From the NCBI GenBank assembly GCA_900128395.1, contig LT649265.1:1-52020 (forward strand): a stretch of 52,020 nt of DNA, given 5' to 3'. Made by a program: the position numbers and the translations under genes. Below are positions 1-11,312 of the stretch, in pieces (position 1 is the stretch's first letter; every line of letters starts with the position of its first letter). The notes beneath the pieces are model-generated. The model ran no database searches, had not been told where the DNA came from, and saw only the letters and a program-made list of their open reading frames with translations. The DNA is from Stramenopiles sp. TOSAG23-2. Its lineage: Eukaryota.

Positions 1-438
1 TCAGTAATCTATTTAATAAAAGTTATATAAAAGGACCGAGTTTTACGTAAATATATTATAGTAAATATTACGTATTCAGCTAATCAAATATACTCACAGT
101 ATAGGACGACAATATAGGAGCGTCGTCATAGCGAGTATAACTGACCTGGTAATGAAAGCGTTTCGATATATAATAGTTGCTGTTTTTTTGCCTCGTTTTC
201 CTTAATTATAAGACGACCACAATTTCTTCAACTTTATACAGTGTTATAATAGTGTATAGTATAATACTATAGTACAGTACCTTTACTTTTATTAGTACGT
301 ACTATTATAAATACCCACTATCGATATATGATATAGATGATTGTCTAGATGGAAAAGATGAAAGAAAAGAAAAACAGTGTGTATATGTGTGTGCGTGCGT
401 ATGTATAATAGAAGAAATAAAAACAAAAGACTCTAATC

Positions 439-864
439 ATGACAATCAAAACATTATTATTTACAATTTTCAGCCTTGCAATGGTTGCTGCAGTTCATGG
501 TATGGCATTTCGTGGTAGTAATCAACATGTACCGTCAACATTCAATAATAGTATTGAAAGTAATGGTGATAATGAATGTGTAGCGTGTCAATTAATTTAT
601 TCGGGTGTTGTTGGAACTGTAAAGATTCAAAATGCAACTGTTGCAGAATTGGAAAAGGTATCAAAAGAAGTATGTGATTTAAGAATATCGAATTTTACAG
701 CTCCAGATGCAGTTCATGAAGTATGTGATTATGTATTGAAAGATATTACAAAAGTACGAGTAGCAATTGTTAATAAAGTAGCAGCAGATAATTTTTGCGA
801 AGATGCAAACTTTTGTGATAATAATGAAGAAGTTCATAGTGAGGAAGAGAGAAGGAGGAGATAA
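439..864 (+). CDS. Secreted saposin B-type (SAPLIP) protein
   Basis: Signal peptide, then the six-Cys saposin pattern (ECVACQ...EVCD...EVCD...NFCE..NFCD) over about 80 aa. Confidence 0.85.
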   Translation: MTIKTLLFTIFSLAMVAAVHGMAFRGSNQHVPSTFNNSIESNGDNECVACQLIYSGVVGTVKIQNATVAELEKVSKEVCDLRISNFTAPDAVHEVCDYVLKDITKVRVAIVNKVAADNFCEDANFCDNNEEVHSEEERRRR

Positions 865-1142
865 AAAAGATATCTCTACACTTTAAATATATCATGAAAA
901 TCATTATATACTGCTGTAAATATTTTTACTGTTTTTTCGCGCACGTAAATTTAATTTAATATAATATGATGTGTGTGTTTTTTTTAATAAATGATAAAAT
1001 ACCGTATGATAACATTTTAAAAATAACTTTCCTTTTTTCTTTTTGTACAAAACGTGTTATAGTACCATCGATAATACAATGATGGACCATATCATACATT
1101 GTCCCCTCAGTAGACGGGGTATATAAGATTTTACCATTCAAT

Positions 1143-1607
1143 TTAATCAAACCAACTGTAATTAAATGCCATAGCAAGACATAAATCATCAACATGATCT
1201 TGATCTTTTGCCAAGAAATCTACAGTAAAATGACCAGTAGAACGTTTAACTGGCATTACAAACGGAATATTTAATTTCCATTTATTCCCATCAATTTCCA
1301 AAGATTTCATCAAATCTCCAGCATTTGATGCAACTTTATCTTTCACACCATCTTCATAGATACGATATTGCCAATCACCTGCTTTTAATGTCTCGTTTGC
1401 AGGAAAATCAAAAGTACCTTCGCCAGTGAAATCAGCGTTAGCACCACTAAAACATTTACCAAATGTACTTCTCAATTGGACAGCATCAGCATTCATTCTT
1501 ATACAGTGTGGATCTGATTTTTTCCATGAAAATGTACAACGCCACCTTGCTTCACATGAAATTACAAATAGACTTATTAAACATAATAATACAATCGTTT
1601 TCTGCAT
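1143..1607 (-). CDS. Secreted ML (MD-2-like lipid recognition; NPC2/GM2-activator-like) domain protein
   Basis: Signal peptide; about 130-aa beta-rich domain with four Cys, ending GHFTVDFLAKDQDHVDDLCLAMAF like the terminal strands of ML domains. Confidence 0.6.
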   Translation of the reverse strand: MQKTIVLLCLISLFVISCEARWRCTFSWKKSDPHCIRMNADAVQLRSTFGKCFSGANADFTGEGTFDFPANETLKAGDWQYRIYEDGVKDKVASNAGDLMKSLEIDGNKWKLNIPFVMPVKRSTGHFTVDFLAKDQDHVDDLCLAMAFNYSWFD

Positions 1608-2337
1608 TCTTTTCTTGCTTTTTTTTCTTTAATTTTATATATAAATATATGTGTGTATATCTAAAATAAATATCTAAATACAATTGTTTTTAAATTGATT
1701 GATATGATCTTTTGTCCTATATGCACTTTCACTGAATAATATATATATATCGATATATATATATATGACCCGGTGTATCTGAGAGGAGAGGACTTTCTGG
1801 CCGATATTATTATGTCAAATAACATAATATAGGTACAAGTAAATATTTCTAGTATACAACTATTAATACTCCGTACTTAGACCAGAGATTTCAACCAATA
1901 TTTGAGGGGAAAAAAACATAATTAAAAAATAAAAAAAAACAAGTAATAATGTGCTACTGTAATGATGTCAACATACTACTTAGCACCTTACTCTATTTAT
2001 TTATTTATTTTTCTTCCTGAAGAAGCTTACAAAAAACTGGCTTAACCTTAATGTAACCTTAAGTAGAAGAACGAAGGTAATGATGTCTATATATGCTAAT
2101 ATTTGTTTGTAAGGGAAATGAGTCGATTATTAAAAATTTATTATTTTTTAATAATAATAAAATAGATAAAAAGAAAGAACAATATAATTTATTGTGATAT
2201 GTATATTTATATATATTACAGAAACAATCATATTTATATATATATATATATAATACAACAGTCGTGCTACTTATTCTTGTTTTCTATATTATTTTTATTG
2301 TTAAGAAATTTGTACGTTGGATGTATATATAAAAAGT

Positions 2338-2781
2338 ATGCCTTTTTATGGAACACAAAAATTTGATCCTAAATTAATTATAGGACAAATTGTAGTATTA
2401 CAAACGTTATTTTACTTATTGGAAGGTCTTTTCATGTTTATTTTTTATATATTGTTTGGTAGTAGTATGACACTAAATTCAATTTTTTATTTTAAAAATA
2501 TTACGTTTTCTAATACGATGGGATGGGGAAATGTTTTTATTATGTTTGTTAGTACAGGTTTTGTTGCATATTCGTTAATACACGTCGTTGAACGTGCTAA
2601 AAAATGTTTAGATTTTTCATTTACATTATTTTTTTGGCATTTTTGTTTTTGTTGGGCGTATGGAGGATTTCCAGATACTGCTGAATGGTGGGTTGTAAAT
2701 GTTATGTGTTGTATATTAATGACAGTAACAGGGGAACAGCTATGTATGCGAGAGGAACAGAAAGATATCCAAATACAGTAG
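2338..2781 (+). CDS. SYS1: SYS1 Golgi trafficking membrane protein
   Basis: FDPKLIIGQIVVLQ, VERAKKCLDF and GEQLCMREEQKDI motifs; four TM segments; ATG at 2338 (the track starts at an upstream TTG). Confidence 0.92.
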   Translation: MPFYGTQKFDPKLIIGQIVVLQTLFYLLEGLFMFIFYILFGSSMTLNSIFYFKNITFSNTMGWGNVFIMFVSTGFVAYSLIHVVERAKKCLDFSFTLFFWHFCFCWAYGGFPDTAEWWVVNVMCCILMTVTGEQLCMREEQKDIQIQ

Positions 2782-3055
2782 TTGCTTTTTGTTTGTTTAA
2801 TTATCAAACCGCACACACTTTCGTGTTCCTACTTTTCGCATCTTTTTTATATTTGTTATATTTTCTCACAAAAACTGGTTTAATGATAAAAGTGGTTATG
2901 GATTTATCTCTTGGTCAACCCAAAATGTCATTTTTACGATTTTACAATACATATCATACGAAGTTTGTCATACTTTCATTTTACCTCTCTCTCTCTCTCT
3001 CTCTCTCCTCCTAGATCACACACATTTCTAAAATTATCGGATCATACTCGTATCA

Positions 3056-5962
3056 TCAAGACAATTGAAACCCAGATGTATTTTCAATTGCTAATATTAA
3101 TTTTTCGCGAAATTGTTTTTCATCTTTATATGGTGGGATAACAATTTGATTAAAACATGTATGACTACGTGGCAAGGCATCAATACCATCTGTACCTTTT
3201 GTAATGGTATACAAAGGTTCAAAACCATCTAATGGGACTTTTGTAGTACCAGTACTAAAAGCTAAAAGTTTTGCTCGTAAACTTGGATCAAAATTTTCAA
3301 AAATTTTCCAAAACAAATCAACTGTAGAATCACTTTCTGTATAACCACCTGTATATTTCGTGGAACTTTTTACTTCTTCTAAATCGATTTCCTCCTTTCC
3401 ATTTAATAACAATTCTAATTCTGTTGGTGTAAATGTTTCAATACTTTCAAACGGTATGACGTCATAGAAACCTTGGCATAAACTCTGGATTTGGTCTTCC
3501 ATACAACCGAACAATCTCCATCGCACTAATGCATTTACATATTCTGCTTTGTTTGTCTGGTCTACTTCTATTTTTCCCCCATTTGGTCGTAATTCAATCG
3601 TAGAAACAACGCCAAAATATTCCGTAGTAGTAGTAAACGTTTCATATACTACATCTGTTATATCATTATCCAACATCCATTTTAAACTTTTATAATAAAC
3701 TTCATCTTTAGCTTTTAAATCTAATAATTTAGGTTCAATACGTAATATGTGTTTATAAATTTCGCCACAAATATCCATATCAATTAATTGTCGATCATAT
3801 GCTGCTTTGCCCATAATTTGTCCTATGAATCGAAAATAATGTAAATGTTCCTCGTTAATAGCAGAGCGAGGATCGATTTCATGTTGTCCATTTTTACTGC
3901 TATTGCATTTACGAAATAAGACTAATGAAGGGTTCACGAATTCGCGGGACAATTCTAAAAACCAATCTTTCGTCAATCCACCTGAATCCACTCCTTCTTC
4001 GCCATCGAAAATTACTTTAGGTACAAATTTTAATTGCCTAGGTGTAAGATTTCTAAACTGGTGATATGAGGAATATACTAGATCTTGGCGCTTTATTTTT
4101 AAAGGTAATACATCTCGTTGTGCATTTGAAAAATCTCTTTTATGTAAGATATACAAAAATTTGAATCGTTTCCTTCGAAAAACTAATTCTGGGTCTAACT
4201 TCGTACCACGTGGATGCTCCCATTGTGTCGAACCAGTTGCTGGATGAAAATAATATGTTTGCTTTGCTTTTGCATCCCAACATTCTAACCAACCATTTGA
4301 TACCAAACCAATTCGTTCGCGATTTGGGGTAGTTGGCGATCTTCTATCTCCAGCATAATTTCGGATTGAATTTCGACGGTTTTGTATTGGATATATATTT
4401 CCTTGTTGCGGACTACCATGTATGTTATTGTACATGTTATCAGTAGGAGATCCAATCGTTGCTAATGGTGAATGTAACTCATCATCTGTATATCCACTAT
4501 TGTTTCCATTATTGTCACCGGAAGTATATCCATCATCATCAGTATGATCATAAGAATCTTCCAATGCCTTTGCTAAACCTTCGTCTGTTTTCATTTGTTC
4601 GTTCTCATTGATACTGTGCCTATTTGGTATTATTACTTTTGGTCCATCATCAGTAATGACCATAACCGGAGGACTCGCTTCGCTCATCCCTCTTGCATTT
4701 GAAGCGGTAACTTTGAAATTATATTCCGAGTTTGGTTGTAAGCGTTCTACTGTATATGAGGTCAGTGGTCCAACATAAACTTCCCTATATACTCTCGATG
4801 CGCCTGGTTTCATAACCAATTGATAGGAAGTTACTTTGGTACCATTGCAACAAGGCATATTCCATGCTAAACGGCATTGTCTAGCTTTTACTTCTACAAT
4901 TGTTGGCATATTGGGTGGATCTGGTGGCGCAACTGTTGTTCTTGCTTTTAATATTTCACTATAGACTAAACTTGTATCCCTATCGGTTGCCTCAGCCCCT
5001 TGACAAACGACTGCTACTACTTTAAAGGCATATGGTGTATTTGGTGTCATACCTTCATCTCCAATTCTATCAATACTTAATTTACTTTGCGTTGACGTAA
5101 CACATTCTTCAAACCCATCTAGGGTAGAGATGCTGCTTTCATTCGTTTTGCTCTTATTATTTTCTTCGCCAATTTTTTCTTTTTTTTCTAAATCTATTTT
5201 ACCATATACAATATAATGTTTCAATTTCCCATACCTTTCATCGGTAAATGGAGTCCATCGTATCGCTAAATTATATGCATTTGCCTTCGATATTGTTGGA
5301 ACCGGCATTGTTGATGGTAATACTCGCATAGCACCACTTGGTTTATCGCACCAATGCCCCCATCCAGCATGGCAGCGACCACGGACACGAAACCTAAATG
5401 CGCCACAATCTAAAGGCAGACCACTAATATGCATTTGCATGTTTAAAGTATTTGGTAAATCCTCTGGTATGGAACTCCACCTATCACCACATCGAAAGTA
5501 GACTTTTTTATTTGGTTGATCAGCGGTTGCTGACCAACCTTCAACTACACCACCTGGCAATGTGCTTCCATCCACTACTCGTCTCCACTGTACTTCGTAT
5601 GCCTTTATTTTCGTTCCAGCACCTTCCCATTCCGGTGACCATCCTAATAAAATTGATGTTGTAGTTGCATAGACTAGTTTTGGTTGTAATAACCCTATTC
5701 GAGATAGACTTTTTTCTTTTTTAGTTAAACCAATTCCAAAGTATGAGTCTCTTCTACCAAGGGGTGACTCGGGACCAGCTTCCAAATATCGCTGCTCCGC
5801 CTCTGCTTTGGCTCTCGCAGCTGCTCTTTCCCTAGCAATATCGCCTGGACTCACACCTTTATTTATCCTATCAAAATCTTTTTCATTTTTAGCTAGATGT
5901 GAAGCATCAGGTTGTTTAAAATTCCCAAAGTTATCTTTTTTTTTAAATATACCTCCACCCAT
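3056..5962 (-). CDS. HECT E3 ubiquitin ligase with three FN3 domains and one WW domain
   Basis: HECT motifs FDGEEGVDSGGLTKDWF and LPRSHTCFN (catalytic Cys); WW GWLECWD..TYYFHPATGSTQWEHP; FN3 LAWNMP..YTVERLQPNSEYNFKVTASN; MG start. Confidence 0.93.
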   Translation of the reverse strand: MGGGIFKKKDNFGNFKQPDASHLAKNEKDFDRINKGVSPGDIARERAAARAKAEAEQRYLEAGPESPLGRRDSYFGIGLTKKEKSLSRIGLLQPKLVYATTTSILLGWSPEWEGAGTKIKAYEVQWRRVVDGSTLPGGVVEGWSATADQPNKKVYFRCGDRWSSIPEDLPNTLNMQMHISGLPLDCGAFRFRVRGRCHAGWGHWCDKPSGAMRVLPSTMPVPTISKANAYNLAIRWTPFTDERYGKLKHYIVYGKIDLEKKEKIGEENNKSKTNESSISTLDGFEECVTSTQSKLSIDRIGDEGMTPNTPYAFKVVAVVCQGAEATDRDTSLVYSEILKARTTVAPPDPPNMPTIVEVKARQCRLAWNMPCCNGTKVTSYQLVMKPGASRVYREVYVGPLTSYTVERLQPNSEYNFKVTASNARGMSEASPPVMVITDDGPKVIIPNRHSINENEQMKTDEGLAKALEDSYDHTDDDGYTSGDNNGNNSGYTDDELHSPLATIGSPTDNMYNNIHGSPQQGNIYPIQNRRNSIRNYAGDRRSPTTPNRERIGLVSNGWLECWDAKAKQTYYFHPATGSTQWEHPRGTKLDPELVFRRKRFKFLYILHKRDFSNAQRDVLPLKIKRQDLVYSSYHQFRNLTPRQLKFVPKVIFDGEEGVDSGGLTKDWFLELSREFVNPSLVLFRKCNSSKNGQHEIDPRSAINEEHLHYFRFIGQIMGKAAYDRQLIDMDICGEIYKHILRIEPKLLDLKAKDEVYYKSLKWMLDNDITDVVYETFTTTTEYFGVVSTIELRPNGGKIEVDQTNKAEYVNALVRWRLFGCMEDQIQSLCQGFYDVIPFESIETFTPTELELLLNGKEEIDLEEVKSSTKYTGGYTESDSTVDLFWKIFENFDPSLRAKLLAFSTGTTKVPLDGFEPLYTITKGTDGIDALPRSHTCFNQIVIPPYKDEKQFREKLILAIENTSGFQLS

Positions 5963-6345
5963 TCCTTCTAAAAAATTGGGTTCCCTAATTATATTATATG
6001 TGATACATATATTTTTACAAATTTAATTATTTAGCGTTTTCATTATAATGATACAGTTGCATCTGATTTATTGATCGTGTATTGACTTTATTTAAAAAAG
6101 AAATTTTGTTTTAAAGGGTTTAAAATGTTTAATTATTTATATTTATTTAAAAGTTAAAGTATATATTATATGTACAGTATGTTATTATAAATAATACCGT
6201 ATATTAGTATAGTGCTATATATTTTATTATTATTAAACTATACTAGTATTTATATTAGTAGCACCTCTCCTGGCTCTCTGCCAGTCTACACCTCTCCACC
6301 TCTCCTCTGATCCTCTGATTATAATTTAAACAAAAACACATATTA

Positions 6346-6436
6346 TAGCCTATATAGCTATAATACTAGAGCTATATAATAGCTAGCTAGAGCTAGCTGG
6401 CTAGTAGCTAGCTGGCTAGCTAGAGCTAGAGCTAGC
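6346..6436. repeat. Low-complexity (TAGC/AGCT)n tract
   Basis: agctagctagagctagctggctagtagctagctggctagctagagctagagctagc read directly. Confidence 0.8.
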
Positions 6437-6778
6437 CTTTACTCGTATTATACCTCGTACTGTGGAATGCTGGAATGCCACACAGGAAGAATGCCACTGG
6501 TTACCCCGGTGTGCCTATAAATAATATGTGCCTAATTTACCAATGTTATGCCCCGATATGTTGAAGTTATTATATTTTTTTAGCGTTGAAATATCATTAG
6601 TGTGCCCAATACTTTACTGGTATGATATATGATATATGATACAATACTTTTACGCGTTCATGAACAAGAAAATTTAGAATTTGTTTATATTTTATAACAG
6701 ACGAAGCAAGTAAATTGTAGCTTGTACCAATTCGTTTGATTTGTATGTTGTTTAGTTATTAAAGAAACCATATCAGGG

Positions 6779-7409
6779 ATGGGATACAAAAGTGCAATAT
6801 CCAAGTATGCATTGATTGTGTCAATACTTGTATGGCCAACTTTAATTGTAGCTTTGATGTACTACAATGAGGTCACAGTATTTTCGCTCACACCATCCGG
6901 TTATACCTTGTGGGCATACTTAGTTATAATTATAATTTGTGTTATGATGAGTTCTGCAAAGCAGTTTGCTGTCACGAATGATGAAAAGGATAATGCCCAT
7001 ACAGAATAAAAAAAAGTGGACTAAAGATAAACCACAGGTACCAGAGAGGGCGGGTGTAAATTATATAATGTATATATTTAGTCTATTCGGGATGAACACG
7101 CAGGGGGGGTTTTGTGATTTAGCAATTTTATCTTTGAAACAAATGGCCAACAGAAAGTTTACACTTTCTTCTGCCACGAAACAAAAATTAAATTGGCTTA
7201 AAGCACAATGGGTCAATGAAACTTGTAGAAATCTACAAGCTAAAGTGATCAAAACCGCGGCTTTTTGCCACAACCGTGCACTTCAAGATCTTTATCCGGA
7301 TAGTTACCGGTTGTTGTTCACAACAGGATCTTTCACTTTGACAACCTCACCGTTTTCGAATGAGCCCGGCGTCCAACGCGTTCAACGTTCGAACATGTTG
7401 GAAGGATAG
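6779..7409 (+). pseudogene. Possible frameshifted membrane-protein gene of unknown family (ORFs 6779-7009 and 6966-7409)
   Basis: Two overlapping same-strand ORFs change frame beside an A8 run at about 7008-7015; the first has two TM segments; no family recognised. Confidence 0.35.
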
Positions 7410-7469
7410 AAACCTACTTGTGCTTGTAGAGTATTAGTTTGCAGAGGTGCATTAGAGCTCTACTATAGT

Positions 7470-7499
7470 TATAACTTTAGATTTTAACCATCATTATTT
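7470..7499. repeat. Dispersed 3'-flank element, copy 1 (core only)
   Basis: tataactttagattttaaccatcattattt, near-identical to 32502-32530 and similar to 25572-25603. Confidence 0.75.
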
Positions 7500-7664
7500 A
7501 GTCTATATATATTAGTATTGGGTAATATTGAAATATCGAGAAAATCTCTATAATATATAAAAATATGAAGTAACATCTCACAATGAAAATCGATTTAAAA
7601 TTTTAGAAAGCAAATAATATTATAAATCCTTGTGTTATTTTTTTTTATTTTTTTTTAATCCCAA

Positions 7665-10600
7665 TCAATAAAATATAACACCTTCCAATATACCTTTCAA
7701 CACTTCTACTTGTTCCCCTGGGCTATCACACACTGCTAAACTTGCCAACGCGCTTTCATTCACGCGTAATCGCAATTGATCGCCAGTTGAAGGTGTAAAC
7801 ACTTCGACGCTACGTCCATTTTTAACGCTTACCAAAACAAACTTTTTGTTGGCTAATTTCATTCCTAATCTACAATTGATATCATCAAATTTTCCTGATT
7901 TAATTTTGTCTCGTAACCGTCTTTCTTTCAAATGTAATGATCTAGTGCGGATTGGAGTTAAAACATTTTTTAAAACTTCAACTCGCTCCTCATCTGTATC
8001 ACATACTGACAAACTAATTAACGTACCGTCGTCCATTTTAAATCTCTTTCGCTCTCCAGTCATAGTAAAGAAGACTTCGACGATGCGTTTTTTACGAATA
8101 CTGACAAGCACATAATGACCATTTTGTAATTTAAAGCCACTTTTAAAATCTATTTTTGGAGGTTTACGACGTCGCTCATTGTCCAAAGTCGTCACGTCGG
8201 TTTCTCCACCAAATCCCATCTTCTTTTTCAACTCTGCACCAACATTTTTCGTTGGCCTTAATGGTTCAAGGAAGATCGGATGTGATTCCCAGAAATCCAC
8301 ATCGTTTTTTGTTGCTAACAGGGTTGCTTCAATATTACGATAAATACCAGGTGAAACTCGATAAACATTAATGCATCCATCTGCTCCACCCATCGTTAGT
8401 CTAGAGCCACATGGGCTCCAAGATAAAAATTGCACAACTGGCAAATCGGTGACGTGACCAGCATAACGACCAGAGCATACTTCATACAATACTACGCGAT
8501 AGCATTCAATCGAACTATTGGCACCCAATTGTATGCTTGCACTTTGTCGCGGTACTGGGCAAGTTGCAGCGATGTACAAACCTGATGGATCTTGTACAAA
8601 ACATGGGCGTGTGCCCATTGGGTGTGGTATAGCAGATGTTGGAATAACCCCGCGCAAATTTCCTAACCATAAATGATAAATTAAGATAGTCCCACGTAAC
8701 GATAAGCAGATGACGTAATTGCCTGATGGATGGATGGAAAATGTTGTACAAGCACTATCTAATCTAAATTCTTGTACAGTTGGACATTCCAATCCTTTCA
8801 ATTCGGATGGACCTTCCAATGATGCCGTTTTTGGAGACAAGCGAGTGTCACTTTGACTACTCCCTGGTTGAATTTCTTTCAAAGCCAGGCGATCGACTGC
8901 AGTGCAGCAAAGCACGCATGTACCACTCGCAGCTTCTTCGGCTTTTAAATTCCCTGGCCTTACTCCCATCGGGCGTTGTGCAAAACAAACACTCAATCTT
9001 GGCGGCATCTTACCTGGCCATGCTGCCTTCTCGAATCCACTTGACAACAAACTACCTCTATTATATGCACCCCATGAATCCATGACGGCTGTCATACCAC
9101 CAGCTAACGCGCATGCTAAATATCGTCCTTCCGCAGAGAATGCTATGTCCGTACATTCCATAACTCCAGGTTCCTTAACACGTGCTGCTGTCGTATTCCC
9201 ATATGCACGACTTCGTGTATAAACACCGATATCTCTCAAATACAATAAACGCCCAGACATTGTGCTATAGACTCGGATCATTCCATGACTACAACCACAT
9301 GCAATTCTACCACCACGTGGATGGTATGCCACGGCAGTTATCTCAACAGCAGCAGCAGCACGTGATACTGATGATGTTATTTTTGGTGCGCTAAACATGC
9401 CACCATAATCAGTTGCTATTGCTATTGCTTTTGAACTGCGACTTAAACGTTGGTAACGTAATTCAGGGTCTAACGATTGTGATACATCAAATGTGCGTGT
9501 AGGTTTTGCCCGCCAGAATCGACCTGCGATAGGATCAAGTCCGCCCATCGAAGTTCCGCCCCCTGTTAAAAGTAAATTATTACGACCTTGCATGAAGTAA
9601 GACGATGGAGCTGTTTGTTGAGGCAATACCATTTGCCATATACTAACTGTTTGATCAGCTGAACCAGTAACTAATACACTAGATGATGCATCTGGATGCC
9701 AACAAGCGCTATGGACTCCCCCGAAATGCGTAACGGCGTGGTTTGTTACCCTACCGTTGTGTAAATCAAAAACTGCTAATGAATGATCAGCAAAACATCC
9801 TACAATAAATGCATCATCGCTTGTAGTTGCAATGGAAGAGACCGGCCAGCCAGGGCCGCGGTTAATTTGTTGCTCTTCCTTACTTGGGCCAAAATTACGT
9901 GAAGGTGTCTCCCAAGCGCGTGGGCTTGTAGGTCCATTTTTGTTCATATTTTTATTGCTCTCGGGGTAGTCTAATCGTTCCCTAAGATGATGTTGAAATG
10001 GTAATTTCCTTTTCCAAGTCAAAGTACGTATTTCTACTGTCCAAATTGATCCATCATTAGCACCAACAAATACCATATCGCCACAACAATTAATACATGT
10101 AAAGCGCCTTTTTTTTTCAGCATCTTTTGCAAGTTTTGAGTTGCTTTTATTGCCTCTAATTCGACTGCTTGTTTTGCTACGATTTTTTTTCACTGGTGCG
10201 CCTAAACTATTAACAATTGCGCCGCTGCTGTCGCATACAAACAATTGCCCAGAACGACATAAAACGACTAGTAAACGATAAATACCAGATGCAACCACAT
10301 CAACAAGTTCATATGTATATTTCGATCCTTGAAATTGTTGCTGTTTTGCTAAACGCATGGCACCTCTATCTGTTTCAAAAACCCATAAAATATGAGAGAA
10401 AATAACGGCAAAATTGTTACTGCCAGGTATCCATACAACTTTTACTACGTTTTTACCACCAAAACGACTTTGTTTTGATTTTCTTTTACTGGTACTAGAA
10501 CGTTTTCTACCATTGCGTCCTATTCCGTACCTTTTCCCAGCTTTTCTAGCTTCCCATGGTTCTTTCTTATTTGTATCATTCTCACTATTTGTAAATGGAT

Positions 10601-11312
10601 TATCGTTTTTCGCTGGAAAAATATGTTGCTCCCCATTATTATATATTAAACATCGTTGTAACAATGTAAAATCTTCAGCCCAATTCCATAAACAAACTTG
10701 CGCACCTTCATCCTCTTTCTCCCCCGCCTCTACACTTATTAAATATAAACTATCTATTGAAAACTGTAAAGTTACCGTGTTGGCCCACGCAACATTAGCT
10801 GATAAATCGCGCCTAACGCGATATGCTTCTCTATATTGCCCACCTGGGCCATTTCCAGATATGTCCCATAATATAATTTGTGGCTCGGGTCCGCAATCTG
10901 CACTTGCTATAAATAAACCATTTGATGAACAAGCTAAACTAGTTACAGGAGAAATATGACCTTTTAAATTTAAACGTGTATCAGTGCGCCAATCCCATAA
11001 AACTACGTTGGAGCCAGCAGCATGTACAACAAAGCCTCTGGTAGGATGTACACAAATAGGTACATTGGGTGATGCACCAACTACAGTTTCTAACCGAAAT
11101 TCATCAGTTTTTGGAATATCTTTTAAACATGTATATACAGTAGTGCCACGATTGTGAATATTTTTAGGTTGTAAATCTTGCCTTATTGGAGATTCACCAG
11201 TTTTATTATCAATATTATTAATTTCTTCATTAAAATCTAAATAGCTAGGTCCAAAACCAAATTCATCTATATGGCTATTTCTATATGCTGGATCATTACT
11301 TGAGAATGCCAT
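7665..11312 (-). CDS. Large WD40 multi-propeller protein (WDR62/MAPKBP1/WDR90-like) with a duplicated C-terminal module
   Basis: GH..WD repeats (LKGHISPVTSLACSSNG..IILWD; HFGGVHSACWHP..TGSADQTVSIW) and a QDPSGLYIAATC segment as in the MAPKBP1/WDR62 group. Confidence 0.8.
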   Translation of the reverse strand: MAFSSNDPAYRNSHIDEFGFGPSYLDFNEEINNIDNKTGESPIRQDLQPKNIHNRGTTVYTCLKDIPKTDEFRLETVVGASPNVPICVHPTRGFVVHAAGSNVVLWDWRTDTRLNLKGHISPVTSLACSSNGLFIASADCGPEPQIILWDISGNGPGGQYREAYRVRRDLSANVAWANTVTLQFSIDSLYLISVEAGEKEDEGAQVCLWNWAEDFTLLQRCLIYNNGEQHIFPAKNDNPFTNSENDTNKKEPWEARKAGKRYGIGRNGRKRSSTSKRKSKQSRFGGKNVVKVVWIPGSNNFAVIFSHILWVFETDRGAMRLAKQQQFQGSKYTYELVDVVASGIYRLLVVLCRSGQLFVCDSSGAIVNSLGAPVKKNRSKTSSRIRGNKSNSKLAKDAEKKRRFTCINCCGDMVFVGANDGSIWTVEIRTLTWKRKLPFQHHLRERLDYPESNKNMNKNGPTSPRAWETPSRNFGPSKEEQQINRGPGWPVSSIATTSDDAFIVGCFADHSLAVFDLHNGRVTNHAVTHFGGVHSACWHPDASSSVLVTGSADQTVSIWQMVLPQQTAPSSYFMQGRNNLLLTGGGTSMGGLDPIAGRFWRAKPTRTFDVSQSLDPELRYQRLSRSSKAIAIATDYGGMFSAPKITSSVSRAAAAVEITAVAYHPRGGRIACGCSHGMIRVYSTMSGRLLYLRDIGVYTRSRAYGNTTAARVKEPGVMECTDIAFSAEGRYLACALAGGMTAVMDSWGAYNRGSLLSSGFEKAAWPGKMPPRLSVCFAQRPMGVRPGNLKAEEAASGTCVLCCTAVDRLALKEIQPGSSQSDTRLSPKTASLEGPSELKGLECPTVQEFRLDSACTTFSIHPSGNYVICLSLRGTILIYHLWLGNLRGVIPTSAIPHPMGTRPCFVQDPSGLYIAATCPVPRQSASIQLGANSSIECYRVVLYEVCSGRYAGHVTDLPVVQFLSWSPCGSRLTMGGADGCINVYRVSPGIYRNIEATLLATKNDVDFWESHPIFLEPLRPTKNVGAELKKKMGFGGETDVTTLDNERRRKPPKIDFKSGFKLQNGHYVLVSIRKKRIVEVFFTMTGERKRFKMDDGTLISLSVCDTDEERVEVLKNVLTPIRTRSLHLKERRLRDKIKSGKFDDINCRLGMKLANKKFVLVSVKNGRSVEVFTPSTGDQLRLRVNESALASLAVCDSPGEQVEVLKGILEGVIFY

